A DNA stretch of 62,323 nucleotides from a virus (lineage: Duplodnaviria > Caudoviricetes): IMG/VR virus record IMGVR_UViG_3300042898_000840, positions 1 through 62,323 of that record; one strand, given 5' to 3'. Made by a program: the position numbers and the translations under genes. Shown one piece after another: positions 28,120 through 36,318 of the stretch (its first letter is position 1; each line of letters begins with the position of its first letter). The notes beneath the pieces were generated by a model. The model was not told the DNA's origin. It was given only the letters and a program-made list of their open reading frames with translations, and ran no database searches.

Positions 28120-28175
28120 GGTTAATATGCCGTATCACTACGGCATTTCGGATCATAAATCCTCATCAGTTAACC
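28120..28175 (-). ncRNA. Type I hammerhead ribozyme (HH-A)
   Basis: GGTTAA CTGATGA GGAT-ttatg-ATCC GAAA TGCCGTA-gtga-TACGGCA TA^TTAACC: full core, three perfect stems, AUA triplet. Confidence 0.92.
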
Positions 28176-28393
28176 TTTATTTCATTAATTATTTTGATCT
28201 CATATTCTAAATTATAAGACTGTACCGCGATCCCTCCACCATATTGTTTGTTATGGAATTTTCGACCGCTAATTTTTTTAGCTAGTTTTAAAGCGGTTGG
28301 ATAATCATCCGCTAATTGTAAGAAATGAAAAACATAACGTGGGTTTCCGTTTACGTCATTGTTTACTCTTGTAAAATCTTCTTTTGTTATCAT
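28166..28393 (-). CDS. Small early protein; its stop codon lies within the hammerhead core
   Basis: NNDVNGNPRYV...KQYGGGI; ends KVN-TGA. Confidence 0.75.
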   Translation of the reverse strand: MITKEDFTRVNNDVNGNPRYVFHFLQLADDYPTALKLAKKISGRKFHNKQYGGGIAVQSYNLEYEIKIINEIKVN

Positions 28394-28398
28394 GATTC

Positions 28399-28473
28399 CT
28401 ATTTTTTAAGTGTTATTATTTTCAATGTTGCTACAATGCTATACAATAGCATTAAATAAACAAATGTTCCCAT
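28399..28473 (-). CDS. 24-aa hydrophobic peptide
   Basis: MGTFVYLMLLYSIVATLKIITLKK; tagccATG start; fills the gap exactly. Confidence 0.5.
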   Translation of the reverse strand: MGTFVYLMLLYSIVATLKIITLKK

Positions 28474-28475
28474 GG

Positions 28476-28622
28476 CTAGTAATATATTTCGTTTAACGTG
28501 TACTTGTACTTCTTACAGACATAATTAATGAAGTTATTCATGTGGTTTATGTCGTTAAAATCTCTATTTACCACTACTATATCTTTGTGGTAAGGAGTAT
28601 AAAATTCGATTATTGCTTTCAT
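28476..28622 (-). CDS. Small early protein (48 aa)
   Basis: MKAIIEFYTPYHKD...; ATGA overlap. Confidence 0.6.
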   Translation of the reverse strand: MKAIIEFYTPYHKDIVVVNRDFNDINHMNNFINYVCKKYKYTLNEIYY

Positions 28623-28729
28623 CGTTGTTCAAATGGTATTAATACTTTTCTTGTTTTAATTAACGTTCCGTTAAGGAAAAATCCCCAAATCTCGAATTTA
28701 CCTTCTATCTTTAAAATTTGTGTTGACAT
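28619..28729 (-). CDS. Small early protein (36 aa)
   Basis: MSTQILKIEGKFEIWGFFLNG...; tagccATG start directly after hammerhead HH-B. Confidence 0.6.
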   Translation of the reverse strand: MSTQILKIEGKFEIWGFFLNGTLIKTRKVLIPFEQR

Positions 28730-28745
28730 GGCTAAAAATTTAATT

Positions 28746-28799
28746 GGTTAATACGGCAATCGCTTGCCGTTTCATCCATTTAGGAATCATCAGTTAACC
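28746..28799 (-). ncRNA. Type I hammerhead ribozyme (HH-B)
   Basis: GGTTAA CTGATGA T-TCC-taaat-GGA-T GAAA CGGCAA-gcga-TTGCCG TA^TTAACC; GUA triplet; U-U at the base of stem II. Confidence 0.88.
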
Positions 28800-28972
28800 T
28801 GTGAAGAAAATAAAATTGAAGAAATAAAGCCCATAAAACCACCACCATAAAACAAGGTAGCCATTATTGGCTCATGGTTAATGTATAGACTTTCGTTTGA
28901 AAATGTTACTACTGCTGAAGTAATTGAAGTAATCCCAAAGATCACCATCATTAATAAAAAAATTGTTTTCAT
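28790..28972 (-). CDS. Small membrane protein, first early gene; its stop codon lies within the hammerhead core
   Basis: Two hydrophobic segments; ends QVN-TGA. Confidence 0.7.
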   Translation of the reverse strand: MKTIFLLMMVIFGITSITSAVVTFSNESLYINHEPIMATLFYGGGFMGFISSILFSSQVN

Positions 28973-28995
28973 GGTTATTTATTTAATTGGTTAGT

Positions 28996-29041
28996 GCTTC
29001 CGTTCGTATCGCTCGAATAAAATTGTCATTCAATCGGAAGC
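28996..29041 (-). ncRNA. Candidate three-way-junction RNA (tRNA-elbow-like)
   Basis: GCTTCCG [ATTG-aatga-CAAT] ttta [TTCG-agcgata-CGAA] CGGAAGC. Confidence 0.6.
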
Positions 29042-29418
29042 TATAATTGTTAACTTGCATCACGCTTATATAGATGGAATCAAACCACCACAAGTTATTA
29101 AAGTATTATGTAATTTTCTTTGGTATATTATCGAAACAATAGAGAAAATTTAGGTCTATTGTACCAAGGTCTTCCACCTCTAGAGTAAGCCTATAAGCAA
29201 CTATTTTACACTCTATCTTTTTTTTGCAATCTTTTTCACTTGCCGAGAATCAATGAACGTTTACTTTAACAAAGGTCTAAACTATTTTTGACATTTCCTA
29301 ACTTTTTAACAAATTTTTGTTGAAAGCTACTTAATCAATCTATACTCATCGTACGTACATATTAAGTCTTTTAACATTGCTAGTAAGGATTTGTATTGTT
29401 TAGCTCGTTTGCTTATAA

Positions 29419-29448
29419 CAAAGATACGTCAGTTTTTCAGATTGTCAA
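29419..29448 (-). promoter_or_regulatory. Early promoter (-33 TTG, -7 TATCTTTG)
   Basis: TTG-N19-TATCTTTG matches the Bacteroidota sigma70 consensus and points into the early operon. Confidence 0.7.
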
Positions 29449-29737
29449 CAATTTTTTCTTGAAAGATTATCAAAATACGTATTTACACTTAGAAACGTCT
29501 ACGTAGTTTCACTTAGTTAAGACAGATATCGTGACTGAATAAATTACGTAAATGGCTATGAATCAGTAAGTTATAAGATATTAATATATTTAACATGAAA
29601 TACGTTTTTAATTAGTGAATTGAATTGAGATGTAACCCCCACAAGCCAAACGCACAATATTGTATGCATGTTTGAATGCATAACTAATTGATTATCAGTC
29701 AGTCACGCGGTTAGATTGGTGGTCTGATTGACTTTCT

Positions 29738-29765
29738 ATTTAACATAATTAATATTATATTACAA
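29738..29765 (-). other. dif-like XerC/XerD recombination site
   Basis: TTGTAATATAA-TATTAA-TTATGTTAAAT: 11-6-11 layout with a perfect XerD arm. Confidence 0.75.
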
Positions 29766-29845
29766 AGGTCGATTGGTCGGCATGTCAGCGCGCGTATGTT
29801 GGTGTCAATAACGTAATGCATGGAGACGCGTATACATCAACTAAC

Positions 29846-29897
29846 GGCAGGCAGGCAGACACACACGAACGGCAGGCAGGCAGGCAGGCAGGCAGGC
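29846..29897 (+). repeat. (GGCA)n microsatellite in two blocks (3 and 6 units)
   Basis: Direct reading. Confidence 0.9.
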
Positions 29898-30038
29898 TAG
29901 CAAAAAGCTGAAAATCTCAGCCGAAAAAACCAAATTGCACACCCCCCAGTCAATTTTTAGATCGTTTCCCCCGCGCGCAATTTTTCGTGGAATGGGGGTA
30001 TTACCCAAAAATTCCGTATATTTACCAAAAAAAAAGAT

Positions 30039-30410
30039 ATGCCGAAAGAAGTAAAAGTAGTCGACAAGACTTGGAGAAAGCGTCCATTTGGACAAGAGGG
30101 GATTATGAAAGATCCGAACAATCCGTATCCAGTTGATACTGAGAAACACACTACAGTAACAAGGGGTGGCAAGGTAAAGAAGAAGGTTGTTGGTGTAAAT
30201 AGGGAGACATCTCCAACTTTTTATGAGCCTGACTCGGAGCAGAGCGTAAAGATAACTAAGTTTAATAGGTCTGGAAAAGAAAAGAAGACTGTATCTCTTG
30301 TAAAGGATGAGAGCGGTAAGATAAAGAAGACTGTTAGTCGTAATGGCAAGGAGGCAGTAAGTGTTAAGCCAGGATTATTGGCTAACAGACGAATAAAAAA
30401 ATATATTTAA
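30039..30410 (+). CDS. Lys-rich hypothetical protein
   Basis: First gene of the plus-strand arm. Confidence 0.7.
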   Translation: MPKEVKVVDKTWRKRPFGQEGIMKDPNNPYPVDTEKHTTVTRGGKVKKKVVGVNRETSPTFYEPDSEQSVKITKFNRSGKEKKTVSLVKDESGKIKKTVSRNGKEAVSVKPGLLANRRIKKYI

Positions 30411-30534
30411 TTTTGCATATATTAATTGACATACCGCAAGGCTTATTGTTAGGATTTGAGTTCTATGGGCCTGACGAGGATTATGACTTTAATGAGTTAC
30501 AGATCAGTTTATTAATTTTAAGATTTACGATAAC

Positions 30535-32103
30535 ATGGCATTAATGAAGACAGGGAGAAAGCCGTATGGTGAAGACCCAAAGAAACCAAAAACGAATGGT
30601 GACAATCCAAAAACTCAACAAGAGGTAAAGGTAACTGCTAAGAAGCAGTATACTTGGGATGACGTTTCAAAGAGCGAAGATATAAAGTCGCGTAATAAGG
30701 CAGCTAAACAGCAGTATGAATCTGACGTAGCAAACTACAACAGGTCTATGAAGCTTTATAATGAGGGTGCTTCTTATGATGTTTCTAATGAAAACTTGTC
30801 TAAGGTTAATAAATCAGGAACTAGTATTAAGGGCAAGCCTGTTACATATACAGCTGCTACTGGTGGTACGTCAGCTAAAGAGATGAGTGATGCATATGAT
30901 AAGGGTATTAAGTCTGGTGAATATGTTGATATCAATGACCCTCGTATTAGTGAGAAGAACAGGTATTATATAAAGGGAGCTATGATGAGTGGAAGAGATA
31001 AAAGTTCTAATAAATGGGGAACTGTTAAAAATAAAGCTATTCCAGCATCTGTTGCGTTTGACAAGGATTTAAATTTCAAGAAGATTTATGATGGTGAGGA
31101 TTTCGATCCGTATGAATTTGAGAAAGCTGCTAAAAGTGGCAAGTTTGATGAGTACTCAAAAAAGCAGGGGATGTCAGGTAAATCTTATGCACCAAGCTTT
31201 GGATATTTAGAAAAATATGGAAAGCCAGAGCAAGCTAAAGTACCTGCATACGAGAAGGAGATGAGTATTGATGTTAACAGAGTTCCTTTGCCTAAAATGG
31301 AGAAAAAGAAGTCTGATGTCAAACCATTAAGAATATCTGAATCAAAGTCTACATCTACTGAGAAGCCAGATTGGGAAGAGCCAAAGGGATCTACGAAATA
31401 TAGAACAAAATATAGCTTACCTGACATCAGCACGACTGATAAGGGTAAAAGTTTAGGTAGATTTGTGGCTGCTAAAGTTAAGTCAATTGGTAAAGACAAT
31501 GCTCTTACTCCTAGTTTAATAAAAGAACAAGGTAAAGAAAGGTTGATTCAAGGTAAATCAGGTAGAGAGGCCAAGATGGCGAAAGCTTATTTTGGTGGTG
31601 GATATGAAGGCCAGTCAAAATTTGACATTGAGGGAACTTCTGAGGAGCGTGGAAGAATAGGCGCACTTAAGGCCGACAAGGCCGACTTTAGTAAGGGTAT
31701 TAGAGAAGCTAGAAAAGCTGGAGATAGAGAAAAGGTACAAGGTTATAGAGCGGCTAAGAAAGACGTTAAGTCTGAAATCAAGCAAGCGAAGTTAGCTAGT
31801 AAGTATTTAACAAAGCTAGGTCAAGAGTTCACAGGTGTTAGAGAGGGTCAAGAGTTAAGAAGCACTGGTAAGATAAAGGCAAATACTCCTGCTGCATATC
31901 TTGGTTTTACAGGTTCTAAGCAAGATACATATAACTCTGACGCTAACTTCAATAAGTTTTTAGCTAAGAGTTCAACTGACAATCCTGCTAATCGAAACAC
32001 TATACCAAAACAAATGGAGACTGTTGAGCCAAAGATGACTAGATCTCAGAGGAAAGAGGACAGAAAAACACAGGAAAAAGTTATGAAAAACATGAAAAAC
32101 TAA
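30535..32103 (+). CDS. Lys-rich, low-complexity hypothetical protein
   Basis: 522-aa ORF followed by a terminator. Confidence 0.8.
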   Translation: MALMKTGRKPYGEDPKKPKTNGDNPKTQQEVKVTAKKQYTWDDVSKSEDIKSRNKAAKQQYESDVANYNRSMKLYNEGASYDVSNENLSKVNKSGTSIKGKPVTYTAATGGTSAKEMSDAYDKGIKSGEYVDINDPRISEKNRYYIKGAMMSGRDKSSNKWGTVKNKAIPASVAFDKDLNFKKIYDGEDFDPYEFEKAAKSGKFDEYSKKQGMSGKSYAPSFGYLEKYGKPEQAKVPAYEKEMSIDVNRVPLPKMEKKKSDVKPLRISESKSTSTEKPDWEEPKGSTKYRTKYSLPDISTTDKGKSLGRFVAAKVKSIGKDNALTPSLIKEQGKERLIQGKSGREAKMAKAYFGGGYEGQSKFDIEGTSEERGRIGALKADKADFSKGIREARKAGDREKVQGYRAAKKDVKSEIKQAKLASKYLTKLGQEFTGVREGQELRSTGKIKANTPAAYLGFTGSKQDTYNSDANFNKFLAKSSTDNPANRNTIPKQMETVEPKMTRSQRKEDRKTQEKVMKNMKN

Positions 32104-32109
32104 AAAATT

Positions 32110-32132
32110 ACCCTCCAATCGGAGGGTTTTTT
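32110..32132 (+). terminator. Intrinsic terminator
   Basis: accctcc-aatc-ggagggt followed by a T-run. Confidence 0.8.
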
Positions 32133-32144
32133 GTTTTATTTCAT

Positions 32145-32152
32145 TAAATTTG
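32145..32152 (+). promoter_or_regulatory. TAnnTTTG promoter box for the chaperonin genes
   Basis: TAAATTTG 17 nt before ATG 32170. Confidence 0.6.
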
Positions 32153-32169
32153 TGTCAAAATACAATAAA

Positions 32170-33729
32170 ATGATAGTAAAACAAGTTCATTTTGGCGATG
32201 AAGGCCAAAAAAAGCTCAAGAAAGGCATCAAAACGATAGCTGGAGCTGTAAAAAGTACGTTAGGAGCAAGAGGACGTACAGTGTTAATTGAATCAGAGAA
32301 CCATGTTGGAGGTATGACGGTGACGAAGGACGGTGTTACTGTTGCTAAGTCGATCAACTTGTATGATCCGACTGAGAATTTGGCTGTAATGATGATGCGT
32401 CAAGCGGCAGAGCGAACTGCTACTGTTGCTGGTGATGGAACTACTACATCAATCGTGTTGGCTGAGGCTATTATTGACGCTGCCGATAAATACTTGTCGG
32501 AAACAGACAACGTTACTGAGGTAATTCGTGAGATCAACCATCTTGCTAGCATTGTTGTCTATAAATTGGACAAGAGGTCTAAGAAGTTAAGCGGCAAGAA
32601 GCTCGTTGACGTAGCAACTATAAGTGCGAACAATGACAAGGAGGTAGGTAAGATGATTGCTGATGCCTTTAGTGAGGTTGACATGGTTACTGTTGAGAAC
32701 AGCCAGACTACAAGCACGTATGTTGAGATAATTAAGGGTATGAAGATCGATAGGGGTTATGCTTCTAGAGTATTCATCAATGACTTCAAGAAGCAGGAGT
32801 GTGTGTTAGATAATCCGTACATTTTGATAAGTGATCATGAGATAAATAATATCATGAATTTGGAGCGTATTTTAGTTCCTATAGTGAGCCAAGGAAGGTC
32901 TTTACTTATAATTGGTGAGTTAGGTCAGAACGCATTGAATACGTTAAATGCCAATGTTGCTGGTGGTAAGATTAAGGCTTGTTCGATATTGCCTCCATCG
33001 TTTGGATACAGGAAGAAAGACTTGCTAGAAGATTTATCAGTCGCTTTGGGTGGTGTTTACTTCTCTGAGGACACTGGCGATGATTTGTCGTTAATAGATT
33101 TAGACAGTTTAGGTAGAGCTACTAAGGTTATTGTTAGTAACAACATGACGGTGTTCATGCATAGTGAGTCTAGGGAGGAAGAGATCAACAATAGAATTAT
33201 TAATCTTAAGGAGATGCGTGATGCGTCAACTAACGATAATGAGAAGAACTTCTTGAATGAGCGAATTGCCAATCTATCGGGTGGTGTTGGTGTAATCTAT
33301 GTAGGAGCGTTAAGTGACATTGAGCAGAAGGAGAAGAAGGATCGGATTGATGATGCTGTGTGTGCTGTTCAAGCTGCGTTGGAGGATGGTATATTACCTG
33401 GTGGTGGTGTAGCGTTGTTGGATATTGGTCTTACTATGTGTATACATGATACAGCAGCTGATAAGATAATGGGTGAAGCATTAAGAGCACCATTCAATCA
33501 GATTGTCACAAATTCTGGTAAGAATTGTTACGATATATTAATGAATCGACCTATGGGTGATGGCTATGACGTGAAGGGTGAGCAGTATGGCGACATGGTT
33601 AAGTTGGGTATTATTGATCCTACAAAAGTTACTAAGAATGCACTATTGAATGCTGTGTCAGTTGCAACGACAATTATGAGTACGAATGCTATTATCACAA
33701 ATGTAAGAGACTATGAAGGTTCTAAATAA
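32170..33729 (+). CDS. groL: Chaperonin GroEL (phage-encoded)
   Basis: TKDGVTVA, AGDGTTT, ERIANLSGGV, PGGG, GIIDPTKV; start moved to ATG 32170. Confidence 0.97.
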   Translation: MIVKQVHFGDEGQKKLKKGIKTIAGAVKSTLGARGRTVLIESENHVGGMTVTKDGVTVAKSINLYDPTENLAVMMMRQAAERTATVAGDGTTTSIVLAEAIIDAADKYLSETDNVTEVIREINHLASIVVYKLDKRSKKLSGKKLVDVATISANNDKEVGKMIADAFSEVDMVTVENSQTTSTYVEIIKGMKIDRGYASRVFINDFKKQECVLDNPYILISDHEINNIMNLERILVPIVSQGRSLLIIGELGQNALNTLNANVAGGKIKACSILPPSFGYRKKDLLEDLSVALGGVYFSEDTGDDLSLIDLDSLGRATKVIVSNNMTVFMHSESREEEINNRIINLKEMRDASTNDNEKNFLNERIANLSGGVGVIYVGALSDIEQKEKKDRIDDAVCAVQAALEDGILPGGGVALLDIGLTMCIHDTAADKIMGEALRAPFNQIVTNSGKNCYDILMNRPMGDGYDVKGEQYGDMVKLGIIDPTKVTKNALLNAVSVATTIMSTNAIITNVRDYEGSK

Positions 33730-33970
33730 GTTTCTGATTATCCAAAGAGTTTTGGACAAAGCAGAGAATAAGTCAGGTTTAATAATGACTATGGAGGACA
33801 AGCGTGAGTTAAGGTATAACAAGGCTGTTGTTGTGTCGGTAGGTTCGATGGTGTCGGGTATAACCGACACTGACGAAATCTATTTTGACAAGGCGGCAGG
33901 TCATGACGTTTTGATAGATGAGAAGCGTTTTACTGTAATTCAGGAGAAGGACGTTGTTTGCGTTCTTTAA
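33713..33970 (+). CDS. groS: Co-chaperonin GroES
   Basis: KSGLIM mobile loop, VVSVG; directly follows GroEL. Confidence 0.85.
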   Translation: MKVLNKFLIIQRVLDKAENKSGLIMTMEDKRELRYNKAVVVSVGSMVSGITDTDEIYFDKAAGHDVLIDEKRFTVIQEKDVVCVL

Positions 33971-34448
33971 GATCTTTGTTATGATTTTTAATTGCTATGG
34001 CTAGGGTCTTATGAGAGAAAGGTGCTGTCTTTAAGAATATTTTATTGCGCCTTGTAGACTCAGGAATAGGCTCTAGTCCGAGCAATTTTTTGTAGATAGT
34101 GTTAATCATCTTTTTCCCTTTGTATGACACTTCATACAAGTGTGTTTCTTGGTGGTTTCTATGTCGCCAAATATAAATCCAATCTTCTCTAAGTAGTCTA
34201 TTGAATCGATCTCTATCCCAAGATAGGAAATTTGAGTGTTCTGTAAATTGAGTACGAGTGAATAATTTTTCAGAGTATAAGAATAGAAGTATCTCTAAAT
34301 CGGCTTGTGATTTAAGTCCGTATGTAATGATAGCCCATTTTCTGATTATAGTCCATTGTTTTAAAAAGTCGTAGTCGCCTTGTTTGCGACCATATATTTT
34401 ATTATTTACGTGTCTAGTTGTAACTTTCTTTTTTACTTTAGGAATCAT
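33930..34448 (-). CDS. Winged-helix-like protein on the opposite strand
   Basis: LEILLFLYSE...FNRLLREDWI...LYEVSYKGK; internal ATG at 34448. Confidence 0.6.
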   Translation of the reverse strand: MIPKVKKKVTTRHVNNKIYGRKQGDYDFLKQWTIIRKWAIITYGLKSQADLEILLFLYSEKLFTRTQFTEHSNFLSWDRDRFNRLLREDWIYIWRHRNHQETHLYEVSYKGKKMINTIYKKLLGLEPIPESTRRNKIFLKTAPFSHKTLAIAIKNHNKDLKERKQRPSPELQ

Positions 34449-34478
34449 TTTATTATATTTGTATTTCAAAACAAAGTT

Positions 34479-34619
34479 ATGAAAAAGATAGTTGAAAAGA
34501 AAACGAAAGAGGTATATCCTTCTAAAATGGCTAAAGCTAAACATGAGAAGTCTGAGTCTAAGAAAGAGATGATCAAGGAGTACGGCATGAAGGCCGCTCT
34601 GAAGAAGATGAAGAAATGA
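34479..34619 (+). CDS. Small basic protein
   Basis: MKKIVEKKTKEVYPSK..., after a TATATTTG box at 34454. Confidence 0.6.
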   Translation: MKKIVEKKTKEVYPSKMAKAKHEKSESKKEMIKEYGMKAALKKMKK

Positions 34620-34894
34620 AAGACCCAAGATTAGAACGAGCAGGTGTTGAGGGATTCAATAAGCCCAAGAAAACTCCTAGTCATCCGACCAAAAGTCATA
34701 TTGTTGTGGCCAAGGAGGGTGATCGGATTAAAACGATACGTTTCGGTCAGCAGGGGGTAGTAGGTGCTGGAAAAAATCCTAAAACAAAGGAGGATAAAGC
34801 AAGAAAGAAGTCCTACTATGCTAGGCATAATGCTCAAGATCCAAATCCTAGTAAATTAAGTGCCAGATTTTGGAGTCATAAAATAAAATGGTAG
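34616..34894 (+). CDS. Conserved basic phage protein
   Basis: HPTKSHIVVAK...IRFGQQG...SYYARH...SARFWSHKIKW. Confidence 0.75.
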   Translation: MKDPRLERAGVEGFNKPKKTPSHPTKSHIVVAKEGDRIKTIRFGQQGVVGAGKNPKTKEDKARKKSYYARHNAQDPNPSKLSARFWSHKIKW

Positions 34895-35394
34895 AAAAAT
34901 ATCCATATAAGGGAACTGATGGAAGATGGTATAAGCCATGTTCTAAATGTGGAAATATGTGTGATTATTTAAGGTATCATTACGCTATTCAATCTTATAA
35001 ATTAAACAAGAAGTGTAAGAGTTGTTCTAATAAAGAAACTGATAATTGTCATAGAGGTTGGCATAAAGGAATTAGAATATCTTGGTTTAATAAATTTAAA
35101 ATTTCAGCTGAGTATAGAGGTTTAGAATTTAATATAACAATAGATGACGTTGCTGAATTAATACAAAAACAAAATTTTAAATGCGCTCTAAGCGGATGGG
35201 ATATTTCATTTCCAGAAACTGGAGTTCCTAGTAAGTGTGATGCTTCTATAGATAGAATTGACTCAAATAAAGGCTATTTTGTAGATAACATACAAATTAC
35301 GCATAAAACAATAAACATGATAAAAAATAAATACGATAATGATTTTTTTATATATGTTTGCAAATCTGTAGCTGATAACAATAATGGAAACTAG
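34888..35394 (+). CDS. HNH endonuclease
   Basis: KCALSG...ASIDRIDSNKGY..NIQ...INMIK. Confidence 0.8.
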   Translation: MVEKYPYKGTDGRWYKPCSKCGNMCDYLRYHYAIQSYKLNKKCKSCSNKETDNCHRGWHKGIRISWFNKFKISAEYRGLEFNITIDDVAELIQKQNFKCALSGWDISFPETGVPSKCDASIDRIDSNKGYFVDNIQITHKTINMIKNKYDNDFFIYVCKSVADNNNGN

Positions 35395-35773
35395 CAAAAA
35401 GTCTAACCCAGCGTTATGGGATCGTGTTGTATCTAGCGTTAAGGCTGGCAGTAAGGGCGGTGATGCAGGCCAGTGGTCAGCTAGGAAGGCACAGTTGGCA
35501 GTAGCTAAGTATAAAGATGCAGGCGGTAAGTACTCAGGTAAAAAATCTGAGTCTAACAGCCTGTCTAAATGGACAAAGCAAGAGTGGGGAACAAAGAGTG
35601 GTAAGACTAGCAAGGAGACTGGCGAGCGGTACTTACCTAAGAAGGCAATCGCTGCGTTAAGTAACGCAGAGTACGCTTCTACAACTAAAGCAAAGAGACA
35701 AGGTGGCGGTACAGGAAGTGTGGTCAAACAACCAAAGAGTATTGCAAGTAAAGTTAAGAAATATAGAGACTAA
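35384..35773 (+). CDS. DUF5872-like basic protein
   Basis: GQWSARKAQL..YK..GG.Y...LSKWTKQEW...ERYLPK. Confidence 0.75.
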   Translation: METSKKSNPALWDRVVSSVKAGSKGGDAGQWSARKAQLAVAKYKDAGGKYSGKKSESNSLSKWTKQEWGTKSGKTSKETGERYLPKKAIAALSNAEYASTTKAKRQGGGTGSVVKQPKSIASKVKKYRD

Positions 35774-36033
35774 TGGGATCAAGTAAGACATCAAAATACT
35801 ATGCAGATAATCCTAAGGCTGCTGAGAAGAGGCGTGAATATCAGCGTGAGTTGAACGCTACACCTGAGCAAAAGAAATATCGAGCTGATCATGTAAAAGC
35901 AAGACGTGAAGCTGGTATAGATGGTAAAGGTGGTCCTGACATGAGTAAGAAAAAAAATGGTACTTTTGTAAAAGAAAAAGCATCTACTAATAGGGCTCGA
36001 AATGGAGCTAATGGTAAGAGCACTAAAAAATAA
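35773..36033 (+). CDS. Basic protein with a degenerate HNH-like C-terminus
   Basis: GPDMS...NRARN. Confidence 0.6.
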   Translation: MGSSKTSKYYADNPKAAEKRREYQRELNATPEQKKYRADHVKARREAGIDGKGGPDMSKKKNGTFVKEKASTNRARNGANGKSTKK

Positions 36034-36039
36034 TATAAG

Positions 36040-36315
36040 ATGGCAAATTTAAAATTACAAGTAAGTAGAGCTGCTGCTGTAACACCTAATGATACTGTCA
36101 ATATACCTTACCCTGGTGATGCGACAGCTTCTCCGAATGAGGCTAGATGGCCTTGTGTATTGTATGTAGGCACAGGTGGTACATTACGAATTATGACAGC
36201 TGATGGTGATGATGTGACATTGGTTAATGTTGCTGACGGAACATTTATTCCAATTCAAGTTATTCGAGTATTTTCATCAACTACAGACGCTACTGACATT
36301 GTAGCACTTTGGTAA
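36040..36315 (+). CDS. Small virion protein (spike-base-like)
   Basis: AVTP...LYVGTGG...GTFIPIQVIRV...TDIVAL. Confidence 0.65.
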   Translation: MANLKLQVSRAAAVTPNDTVNIPYPGDATASPNEARWPCVLYVGTGGTLRIMTADGDDVTLVNVADGTFIPIQVIRVFSSTTDATDIVALW

Positions 36316-36318
36316 TTT

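Noticed and set aside
28542-28751. Plus-strand 69-aa ORF
   Set aside because: It is antisense to two tightly packed minus-strand small genes with good start contexts.
29841-30172. Minus-strand ORFs of 102 and 71 aa
   Set aside because: They are produced by the GGCA repeat and by antisense overlap with the 30039 gene.
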